NCBI GenBank assembly: GCA_020846435.1
Contig: JADLDY010000035.1
Location: forward strand, 6,077 to 70,076
Direction: 5' to 3'
DNA from: Deltaproteobacteria bacterium
Lineage (GTDB): Bacteria; Desulfobacterota; GWC2-55-46
DNA length: 64,000 nucleotides
The notes under the pieces were generated by a model. It worked only from the letters and a program-made list of their open reading frames with translations, did not search any database and was not told the origin of the DNA. Positions 28,357 to 36,210 of the stretch are shown here, in pieces. The translations under genes and the position numbers were made by a program. Each line of letters starts with the position of its first letter. The stretch's first letter is position 1.

Positions 28357-29124
28357 ATGAAACAGGTCCTGCTTATGTACCATTCGATCTCTGATTCGAA
28401 GACCTCGAGCACGTACACCCTTACGAAGGACGCGTTCAAAAGGCATCTTGATATCATCAAGCGCGGCGGCTACTCGTGCGCTACCGTTGAGGAATACCAT
28501 GACCACCTTTCGGCCGGCGTCTCCATGCCGGAAAAAAGCGTGCTGATAACCTTCGACGACGGCCACAGGTCCGACTATGCAACTGCACTGCCGCTTCTGA
28601 AGGAATACGGCTTCAAGGCGACTTTTTTCGTGACTACTGACTGGATAGGGCGCCCGGAGTTCATGAGCCCGAAGGAGCTGAGAGCGCTCAAGGAAGCCGG
28701 CATGTCCGTTCATTCGCACGCCCAGACGCACGCCTTTCTCGACGCGATGGGGCAGGATGCCGTGACAGGCGAACTCGAATCGTCGAAAAAAAGGCTCGAG
28801 GAGATACTCGGCGCCAGAGTGCCGTACATCTCGTTCCCTGGCGGGCGCTATAACGCCATGGTACTGGAGCGCGCCAGACAGGCCGGATACTCAGCCGTCT
28901 TCACATCCGTCCCCTTTTCCCTGAAGCGCCATAAGGACATGTTCATGATCGGAAGGTACGCGGTAAAGAGCACCGCTGACGAAAAGGACTTTCTGGCTGT
29001 CTTAAAATCAAACGCCCTTGAGAGAAACTCTCTCAAGGGCGTTTACTACTGCAAGTATTTCCTGCGCAGGTCCTTTGGCAACGGCTTTTATTACTCCCTG
29101 TGGAAGAAGCTCAACTACAAGTAG
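28357..29124 (+). CDS. polysaccharide deacetylase (NodB/CE4 family)
   Basis: LITFDDGHRSDY, ATFFVTTDW, SHAQTH and ISFPGGRY. Confidence 0.8.
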   Translation: MKQVLLMYHSISDSKTSSTYTLTKDAFKRHLDIIKRGGYSCATVEEYHDHLSAGVSMPEKSVLITFDDGHRSDYATALPLLKEYGFKATFFVTTDWIGRPEFMSPKELRALKEAGMSVHSHAQTHAFLDAMGQDAVTGELESSKKRLEEILGARVPYISFPGGRYNAMVLERARQAGYSAVFTSVPFSLKRHKDMFMIGRYAVKSTADEKDFLAVLKSNALERNSLKGVYYCKYFLRRSFGNGFYYSLWKKLNYK

Positions 29125-29164
29125 CCTTTTGTCCTGAACTCACCGCCTGCCTGAACCGCTTTTT

Positions 29165-30892
29165 TCAGCGCAGCGAAAGAATCGGCGCCGCCGGGGGCAA
29201 TACATCTTCTGACTCAAAAGCCCCGATCGAATAATTTCTGCCTTGTCCCCTGACCATGCCGCGTATATCCCTGACCACGACCGGTGTGGTGCTCCGTCCG
29301 GTGCCCAGGGCCGGAGATCCTTCCCTGAGGCCGAAGAGCTTGTTAGCGACGTCGATGAACATCGGGTTGGCGGTCGAGGCGCTCGAGTCCCATGAAGGAG
29401 GGGCGGCCGGGTAGGAATCCCCGCCATTGAAGTACAGGTTGTTGCCGGTAACATCAGCGGCGTCCCAGTAAGTCGCGTCCTCATAGGGGCGGTTCTTCGT
29501 GTCGACTATGATATTGTTCACCCACTCCCATCTGCCGCCGAAGTTCCATTCAGCGCTGCCCTTGTCCTGCACCATCAGCGCGTACCCGTCGCCATTGACG
29601 CCATAACCGTAGAGCGTGTTGTTATAGACCTTTATGGTGGAACGGGTGGTACGCTTCATGAAGCTTATGGCCTGAGTATGCCCGCTGCAGCTCGTGGTCT
29701 CCTGCCCGGGGTTTATGAAGAGGTTGTTATAGATCTCCACAGGCATCGTGAAGCACGGGTCGCTGTACCCGGAGGAAGCGACGCCTACTGCCACGCCGAC
29801 CTGGTTTACGACGACGTTGTCATGGATCCTCATGGTGCCGGTGAAATCGCCGCATATGCCTTCGTCGTAGACGTGCAGGCCGTGGTGCGCCTTATTGTCA
29901 GCAAGATAGTTCCATCCGAGCTCGAAGGACTCTACCGCGTACCCGCCCCTGTTCGATATATAGAAGACGTGATGCAGCTTCGAGGTGGAATCGCAGCCGA
30001 AGTCGTGTATGTAGTTTCCGAAGACCTTGATGTTGCCTCCGGTCGTGTTCTGAAACTGGTTGGAGCCTGAAACAGCCCCGCCCTGACCGTCGGCGCACCC
30101 GCTTGGATAGTTCGTTATCTCGTTGCCTACGGCCCTCATCCCATGATGGGTGTCTATGCCGTTGCTCCTTGTCTTGATCGAGAACTTGGAGAAGTTCGTG
30201 AACTTCGACCTGCCGCTGTAATTTCCTATGCCATAGGAGCCCTGTATCACCACGTTCGCTCCGGGATAGGCTATAAAGGAGATGGGCTGAGCCGCCGTGC
30301 CGATGCGGTCGCGCATCGCGAGCCCGCTGAGCTCCTGGACCCCGTCGGTCGCGTAGATTATGTCGCCGGGCAACACCTTGCCGCCGCCGCCGTTAGCCGC
30401 GTAGCTCAAGCTCGCCCACGGGCTGCTCCATGAACCGTTGGACGCGGAATCGGTGCCGGTCGGCTTCACGAAGTATATGTTGCCGGAACGTACGGTAAAG
30501 GGCAGCGAATTCGACCTCTTCCCGTTCACCGTAACGTAGATCTCGCCAGCCCCATTGGCAGCGCCGGAGCCGACCGCGAAAGAGATGGTCTGCATCCTGT
30601 GGTACGTATAAAGGTCGGCTGGCCCGCTCGCTCCGGTCCTGTCGGCCTTGCCCCAGTAATAGACATACGACGCGTCGGCCCCGCCAACCGTGACCCTCGA
30701 AGAGCCCTTGGTGGTGCCGAGGTTGTTGCCCCAGATTGTCACTATCGCTCCGGAGCCTTTTCCGTCGCCGTTCCCTGTGCTCGGGCCGCTCGTGATGTCC
30801 GAGAAGAAGAGCACCGGATCAGCCGCATTGGACTGCGCTGGAATAAAGATAAACATCGCGATAAAAAAAAGTGCCGACAAAATGAACTTCAT
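29165..30892 (-). CDS. secreted right-handed parallel beta-helix protein (candidate EPS lyase/hydrolase/epimerase)
   Basis: ATG at 30892 is preceded by GGAGGA. Signal peptide MKFILSALFFIAMFIFIPAQSNA. Repeated G/N-rich beta-helix rungs (NNLFIN, NNTLYG, HDNVVVN, NNIIVD). No PEP-CTERM tail. Confidence 0.6.
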   Translation of the reverse strand: MKFILSALFFIAMFIFIPAQSNAADPVLFFSDITSGPSTGNGDGKGSGAIVTIWGNNLGTTKGSSRVTVGGADASYVYYWGKADRTGASGPADLYTYHRMQTISFAVGSGAANGAGEIYVTVNGKRSNSLPFTVRSGNIYFVKPTGTDSASNGSWSSPWASLSYAANGGGGKVLPGDIIYATDGVQELSGLAMRDRIGTAAQPISFIAYPGANVVIQGSYGIGNYSGRSKFTNFSKFSIKTRSNGIDTHHGMRAVGNEITNYPSGCADGQGGAVSGSNQFQNTTGGNIKVFGNYIHDFGCDSTSKLHHVFYISNRGGYAVESFELGWNYLADNKAHHGLHVYDEGICGDFTGTMRIHDNVVVNQVGVAVGVASSGYSDPCFTMPVEIYNNLFINPGQETTSCSGHTQAISFMKRTTRSTIKVYNNTLYGYGVNGDGYALMVQDKGSAEWNFGGRWEWVNNIIVDTKNRPYEDATYWDAADVTGNNLYFNGGDSYPAAPPSWDSSASTANPMFIDVANKLFGLREGSPALGTGRSTTPVVVRDIRGMVRGQGRNYSIGAFESEDVLPPAAPILSLR

Positions 30893-30959
30893 TTCTTCCT
30901 CCAACGAATCTTTAAAACCGTAAATGGTTTATCCTGATTGTCCTGCTTATTTCTTTCTC

Positions 30960-31352
30960 TTATTTGATGACCTCATTGGAAAAAGAGCTTTCATTCCCGG
31001 AAGTATCGTAAGCCGTGACCGCGAAGTAATAGGTCGTGTCCTGAGTAAGGCCTGATACGACTGTGCTCGTGGTCGAGGGGTCCGAGATGTCGGTGCTGTT
31101 CGTATAGTTGCCGGACTGCGTGCCGTAATAGACCTTGAAGCCCGCGAGGTCTACAAGGGGAGTGCCGTCATCGTTGAAAGTCACCGACGACCAGCTGAGG
31201 CTCGCCGATTTGGTTGCTACTCCTCCGCCTCCGCCTCCGCTTGGAACGCCTGAAGCAGTGTCAACAACGCCTCCGCCTCCGCAACCAGCAAGAACCACCA
31301 GAAGTACCATTCCAAAAAATGCCTTGATCCAATTTGAGGTGAACATAGTCAA
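30960..31352 (-). CDS. small lipoprotein with a fibronectin type III domain
   Basis: Lipobox LLVVLAGC followed by a Gly-rich linker. FN3 hallmarks are LSWSSV...GFKVYYG...YYFAVTAYDTSGNES. Confidence 0.65.
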   Translation of the reverse strand: MTMFTSNWIKAFFGMVLLVVLAGCGGGGVVDTASGVPSGGGGGGVATKSASLSWSSVTFNDDGTPLVDLAGFKVYYGTQSGNYTNSTDISDPSTTSTVVSGLTQDTTYYFAVTAYDTSGNESSFSNEVIK

Positions 31353-31475
31353 TCCAGCTTAAGGGTCATAGTAATATAAGGTATATCGGCCTAATTATCT
31401 ACAGTTTAAGAGAAATGGGCGCTGGAGTATGTGATGGGTATCACAAGCGCGCAGATTAATTGCGGCCGGACAATA

Positions 31476-31503
31476 TTGCGGAACATATTGAAAAATTTAT
31501 AAT
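31476..31503 (+). promoter_or_regulatory. candidate sigma-70 promoter for prsK/prsR (TTGCGG-N16-TATAAT)
   Basis: TTGCGG at 31476-31481 and TATAAT at 31498-31503, in the AT-rich divergent intergenic region about 90 nt upstream of the prsK start. Confidence 0.3.
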
Positions 31504-31592
31504 TTCTCTTCCAAAAAGATACTCTTCAGTGTATTATTTTTCAGGAAAAAGCAAGACATGACAGCTTACAAATCAACAGGCAGCAGACCCTT

Positions 31593-33698
31593 ATGGCGTT
31601 AAACCTTGCCTTTCTTTCAGCGATAAGCGCTCTCCTGTGCGTCGCGCTCGGGCTTTTCACGCTCAGGAAAAACCCGGGGCACACGGCCAATATCGGCTTT
31701 ACTGCCGGGCTCATGTGCCTCGCGCTCATGGAGGCGGGCAGCTTTCTCGCGCTCCTTGCCGGCCAGGGACTCGAGTTTGCCGGAATGAAGGCCGTGCTCT
31801 TCGGCCAGGCTCTCATGCCATCTGCCTGGCTGCTCTTCACCAGCGTCTTCGGCCGTGGCGATTACAAGAACATGCCAGCGACGCAGCTCTACCTTATTAT
31901 CGGCACGTCGGCCGCTTCCCTCATTTTCTGCGTCCTTCTCGCCATACCTTCTCTTTCAGCCTCGTTCATCTCGCTGCCAAGCGTATTCAGCGAAGAGGCC
32001 TCTGTCTTCCCGCTCGGCGCGGCCGGCAAATACCTCTACATATTCCTCATCATAGGCATGGTCATAAACCTCGTGCAGCTCGAGAACACGCTCAGGAGCT
32101 CGACAGGGCTGAACCGCTGGGCGATCAAATACCTCGTATTCGGCGTCGGGTCGATCCTCGCCTTCTTCATCTATATGTCGACCCAGTACCTGCTGTTTTC
32201 CGCTATCGACTCCGGAGTCTTCCCCGTAAAGTCGGCGGTGATCATCATCTCGGTGTCGATGATGGCCCTGTTTATCGTAAAATACAGGCTCCTCGACGTT
32301 GACATATTCGTCTCAAGATACTTCATCTACAACTCCATCACGGTGCTGACGGTCGGGTTGTACCTCCTGGCCGTCGGCCTTGTCACTTACGGCATAAGGT
32401 ACTTCCAGCTCCCGTACGGCAGCTTTTTCTCGGCCGTATTCGTCTTCATCTCGATCCTCACCCTCGTGGTCCTGCTTTCAGCCGCGGCCCTCCGGAGAAA
32501 AGCCCAGCTCTTCATAAACCGCAACTTCTACAAGCACAAGTACGAATTCAGGGACAAGTGGATGGAGACGGTCGAAAAAATAACTCCGTTGAGGTCTGTT
32601 GCCGAGGTCTCCGAGACCTTCGTCGACATCATCTCCGAGACGATGTTCCCCTCAAGCATCCATCTGTGGGTGTTTGACCCGGTCTCAAAGACCTTTGTCC
32701 TCTCATCAAGCAGGTCGAGCGCGCCTGTCGGGGCCGGCAAGCTTTCAGCGGACGACCCTTTCATAGCTGTCATAGAGGAGACTCTCTCTCCTTTTTCAGC
32801 GTCCGAGCTCAAAGACGGCCCGGCTCGCTCCCTTTTCGAGAAGACCGGCGCTGTACTTTGCTCGCCGCTCGTCGCCGGAAAAGAGATAATCGGCTTCTGC
32901 CTCCTCGGCCCTGACCGCGCCGGAGCCGAATACATCCAGGATGACAACGAGCTACTGAAAGCGATATCTACGCAGTCAGCGGTCCAGATAAGGGAGATAA
33001 AGCTCCTGGGAGAGCTTACCGCCACGAAGGAGATGGAGGCTTTCAGCAAGATGTCCTCCTTCATAATGCACGACCTGAAAAACCTCACGAACTCGCTTTC
33101 GCTCATAAGCCAGAACGCCCAGGACAACATGGACAACCCCGAATTCCAGCGCGACACCATAAGGACCATAGACGGAACGGTCTCCAGGATGAAGAAGGTA
33201 ATAGGGCGCCTCTCCAACATGCCCAAGGAGCTCTCGCTCAGGACTCAGATAATGGACGTCGACGACCTCGTTGAAAAATCCCTCATGAAACTGGCCATTC
33301 CAGCCGAAAAGGATATCTCGTTCAACAAGAGCATCGAAGAGTGCCCGCCCGTTCTTGTTGACCCTGAAGCGTTTGAAATGGTAATTTTGAACCTCATCCT
33401 CAACGCCTACGACGCTATCCAGACCTCAGGGGAGATACGCCTTGCCGCCTGCCCTGACGGAAAATTCGTAAGCATTACGGTCTCGGACAACGGACGCGGA
33501 ATGTCGGAAGAATACGTGCGAACAAGCCTTTTCAGGCCTTTCAAGTCGACCAAGGCCAACGGGCTCGGAATCGGGCTCTACCAGTGCAAATCCATAGTGG
33601 AAGCGCACGGGGGCTTCATAGAGGTCAACAGTTCGCCAGGGGCCGGCACCAGCTTTTCGGTAAAATTGCCGGCCTATTCAACTGCCGCAAAGGAATAG
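31593..33698 (+). CDS. prsK: PEP-CTERM system sensor histidine kinase PrsK
   Basis: About 8-10 N-terminal TMs, a GAF-like middle region, HisKA (SFIMHDLKN) and HATPase_c (DNGRGM, GLGIGL). Immediately upstream of a sigma-54 response regulator inside an exosortase locus. Confidence 0.8.
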   Translation: MALNLAFLSAISALLCVALGLFTLRKNPGHTANIGFTAGLMCLALMEAGSFLALLAGQGLEFAGMKAVLFGQALMPSAWLLFTSVFGRGDYKNMPATQLYLIIGTSAASLIFCVLLAIPSLSASFISLPSVFSEEASVFPLGAAGKYLYIFLIIGMVINLVQLENTLRSSTGLNRWAIKYLVFGVGSILAFFIYMSTQYLLFSAIDSGVFPVKSAVIIISVSMMALFIVKYRLLDVDIFVSRYFIYNSITVLTVGLYLLAVGLVTYGIRYFQLPYGSFFSAVFVFISILTLVVLLSAAALRRKAQLFINRNFYKHKYEFRDKWMETVEKITPLRSVAEVSETFVDIISETMFPSSIHLWVFDPVSKTFVLSSSRSSAPVGAGKLSADDPFIAVIEETLSPFSASELKDGPARSLFEKTGAVLCSPLVAGKEIIGFCLLGPDRAGAEYIQDDNELLKAISTQSAVQIREIKLLGELTATKEMEAFSKMSSFIMHDLKNLTNSLSLISQNAQDNMDNPEFQRDTIRTIDGTVSRMKKVIGRLSNMPKELSLRTQIMDVDDLVEKSLMKLAIPAEKDISFNKSIEECPPVLVDPEAFEMVILNLILNAYDAIQTSGEIRLAACPDGKFVSITVSDNGRGMSEEYVRTSLFRPFKSTKANGLGIGLYQCKSIVEAHGGFIEVNSSPGAGTSFSVKLPAYSTAAKE

Positions 33699-33699
33699 G

Positions 33700-35073
33700 G
33701 TGATACTTTCCATGCCAAAGCCGAAAATACTGGTCATAGACGACGATGAGCCGATACGGACCCAGATGAAATGGGCCCTTATCCAGGACTATGACCTTTT
33801 CCTGGCGAAGGACGGCGTGGAAGCCGTCCAGATAATGAAGAAAGAGCTCCCTGCCCTCGTGACCCTTGACCTGGGGCTTCCGCCAACCCCCGAGGACACG
33901 GCAGAGGGCATAAGAGTCCTCGAGCAACTCCTCGACATCGACCCCTCCACCAAGGTCATAGTCGTAACAGGCAACCCCGACAAGTCAGCGGCCCTTAAAG
34001 CCATCTCCCTCGGCGCGCACGATTTTTTCACGAAACCAATAGACCTCCCCGAGCTCAAGGCCATTCTGAAGCGGGCCAGCTACGTCCATTCCCTTGAAAA
34101 GGAATGCCAGAACCTGCAAAAGCAGGTGCACCAACAATTCTCCGACATGGTGGGCTCGAGCGGCCGCATGCAGGAGGTCTTCTCTACCATCAAGAAGGTC
34201 TCCACCACCGATGTCCCGGTGCTCATCACAGGCGAGAGCGGCACAGGCAAGGAGCTGGTAGCCAGAGCGATACATTCAACTGGCGCAAGGTGCGCCAGGG
34301 CCTTTGTCCCGATAAACTGCGGGGCCATACCTGAAAACCTCCTCGAGAGCGAGCTTTTCGGCCATGAAAAGGGCTCTTTCACAGGCGCGCACGCGCAAAG
34401 AAAAGGCAAGATAGAGCTCGCGGCCGGCGGCACTCTTTTTCTCGACGAAATAGGCGAGATGCCTCTGCAGCTCCAGGTAAAGCTTCTGCGTTTCCTTCAG
34501 GACTTCAAGATAGAACGCGTAGGCGGCAGGGAAACATTCGAGCTCGACGTCAGGGTCATCGCGGCAACGAACAAGGACCTGAAAAAGCTCATAGAAGAGG
34601 GCAGGTTCAGGGAAGACCTCTATTACAGGCTCGCGGTCGTGACCCTCGATGTGCCGGCTCTGAGGGAGCGCTCCTCAGATACGCTCCTTCTTGCGAGGTT
34701 CTTCCTGCAAAAGTTCTCGACTAACGCCCAGAAAAAACTGAGCCCCAGGGCGATTGAAGCAATCAACGCCTATAACTGGCCAGGGAACGTGCGCGAACTC
34801 GAGAACAAGATAAGGCGGGCGGTAACTCTCGCGGAAGAGCATATTATCACGCCTTTTGACCTGGGCCTTGGAACAGACGCGGACGCGTCTGCTGAAGGGG
34901 GACAAGACGCGCAGGGCCTGAACCTCAAAAAAGCGGTAGAAGATCTCGAAGTAAGACTGATACAAGCCGCCATACTCAAAAACGACCGCAATATCAGCAA
35001 GGCAGCCGAAGACCTGGGGCTCAGCCGCCCCACCCTTTACAGTCTGCTGAAAAAATACGCCATAACCATCTAA
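33700..35073 (+). CDS. prsR: PEP-CTERM-box sigma-54-dependent response regulator PrsR (NtrC family)
   Basis: Receiver domain (ILVIDDD...DLGLPP). AAA+ sigma-54 interaction domain (GESGTGKE, ESELFGHEKGSFTGA). C-terminal Fis-type HTH. GTG at 33700 has AGGA 6-7 nt upstream; ATG at 33712 is an alternative start. Confidence 0.85.
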   Translation: MILSMPKPKILVIDDDEPIRTQMKWALIQDYDLFLAKDGVEAVQIMKKELPALVTLDLGLPPTPEDTAEGIRVLEQLLDIDPSTKVIVVTGNPDKSAALKAISLGAHDFFTKPIDLPELKAILKRASYVHSLEKECQNLQKQVHQQFSDMVGSSGRMQEVFSTIKKVSTTDVPVLITGESGTGKELVARAIHSTGARCARAFVPINCGAIPENLLESELFGHEKGSFTGAHAQRKGKIELAAGGTLFLDEIGEMPLQLQVKLLRFLQDFKIERVGGRETFELDVRVIAATNKDLKKLIEEGRFREDLYYRLAVVTLDVPALRERSSDTLLLARFFLQKFSTNAQKKLSPRAIEAINAYNWPGNVRELENKIRRAVTLAEEHIITPFDLGLGTDADASAEGGQDAQGLNLKKAVEDLEVRLIQAAILKNDRNISKAAEDLGLSRPTLYSLLKKYAITI

Positions 35074-35114
35074 TCTGCAATGCAACCATTTGAAATACCT
35101 TGTGTTTTATTTTA

Positions 35115-35264
35115 TTTACAGCCCGCAAATCGACTGTCAACTTTCTTTACACATGCCTTCAATGGCAAAAAAGCCTTATTTTACAAATAAATACAATTTT
35201 TGAAGCACTCCGTTACACTTGCAGACCAAGCATTCACAAAAATTTAACGTCAGGTTTTTTTACA
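35115..35264 (+). repeat. array of TTTACA-type hexamers in the AT-rich leader upstream of the PEP-CTERM gene
   Basis: Exact TTTACA at 35115, 35146, 35180 and 35259. Variants GTTACA at 35212 and TTCACA at 35233. The first four sites are spaced 31-34 bp apart. Confidence 0.5.
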
Positions 35265-35348
35265 CTTTTTTATCTCTTACGCTGGCTGAAGTTGCCCTGC
35301 TAAAAAAATACTCAATCTAATCGCCATATTAGATATTTGAAATCCTAT

Positions 35349-35364
35349 TGGCATGGGCATTGCA
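35349..35364 (+). promoter_or_regulatory. sigma-54 (-24/-12) promoter
   Basis: TGGCAT-GGGCA-TTGCA has canonical GG-N10-GC spacing. It lies about 40 nt upstream of the ATG at 35404. Confidence 0.75.
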
Positions 35365-35403
35365 GTATATCTATATAAGATTCAAAAAACCATGGGGTGA
35401 AAA

Positions 35404-35997
35404 ATGAAAAGGCGCATACTGACATCTTTGGCTCTCTTCGGAGTAGTAGCTGCATCGGCAGCGTTCATTCCTTCAAACGCCTCAGCCTTTACCCTGACGA
35501 CCGGCAGCGCGATAATCGCGATCGACGGCGACACTGACAACAACAACGTCACAGTCGACATACTGAGCACTGGCGGCACTTCGACCTACGCTTACGGGTA
35601 CTTCCTCAACGGTTCAAGCACTTTCAACAATGTCTCGCCATTTTCAATGAGCACATTCCAGGGCGGCGACGTCATTGACTTCGCCCTCTTCGACGGCTCG
35701 AGGTACTACACTCTTTCCGGCGACCTCCTGGACGCATCTTACAGCGTTCTGATGACCTTCGACAACCAGGTGACCACCGGGGCGCCCCAGCAGCCTGTTG
35801 ACTGGACAAAGCCTTACTTCTACAACGCGAACATCACCTGGAGCCTCCCGACTGTCATCAACACCAACGAGTACACGCTCAACTTCATCAATAACGGAAA
35901 CGACGGCATAGCTTCCGTGCCGGAGCCCGCTTCCATTCTTCTCGTTGGCAGCGCCCTCGTCGGCTATGGCCTGATGAGGAGAAGAAAGAAAGCCTGA
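35404..35997 (+). CDS. PEP-CTERM sorting-domain protein (exosortase substrate)
   Basis: Signal peptide ending SNASA. C-terminus VPEPASILLVGSALVGYGLMRRRKKA* gives the PEP motif, a TM helix and a basic tail. Confidence 0.9.
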   Translation: MKRRILTSLALFGVVAASAAFIPSNASAFTLTTGSAIIAIDGDTDNNNVTVDILSTGGTSTYAYGYFLNGSSTFNNVSPFSMSTFQGGDVIDFALFDGSRYYTLSGDLLDASYSVLMTFDNQVTTGAPQQPVDWTKPYFYNANITWSLPTVINTNEYTLNFINNGNDGIASVPEPASILLVGSALVGYGLMRRRKKA

Positions 35998-36026
35998 ACT
36001 CAAGCACAACTCGAAAACAGCAAAAA

Positions 36027-36053
36027 GGCAGGTGCGAAGCACCTGCCTTTTTT
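36027..36053 (+). terminator. Rho-independent terminator
   Basis: GGCAGGTGC-GAA-GCACCTGCC followed by TTTTTT. Confidence 0.75.
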
Positions 36054-36210
36054 ACTTTTTATGTAAACAATTTCGAAAGCCTGCCGATATGTAATAAATC
36101 TGCATGGCTCTTTCCACTTGCCAGAAAACGCCCACAAATGATAACCTTACGTAACATCGGTATCATGCGGGCTATGCGGCTTTTAAATACACCATTTAAA
36201 AAAAGGACAC

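Noticed and set aside
29165-29260. Possible PEP-CTERM tail on the beta-helix protein
   Set aside because: The C-terminus reads ...ESEDVLPPAAPILSLR*. It has no PEP motif followed by a TM helix and basic cluster, so it is not an exosortase substrate by sequence.
31637-32302. 221-aa alternative-frame plus ORF inside prsK
   Set aside because: Its Arg/His/Pro-rich translation is a frame-shifted reading of a TM-rich coding region. The prsK frame is continuous and carries the kinase motifs.
36105-36122. Sigma-54-like TGGCTC...TTGCC upstream of prsT
   Set aside because: The GG-to-GC offset is 14 nt instead of the required 12, so it does not fit the -24/-12 geometry.
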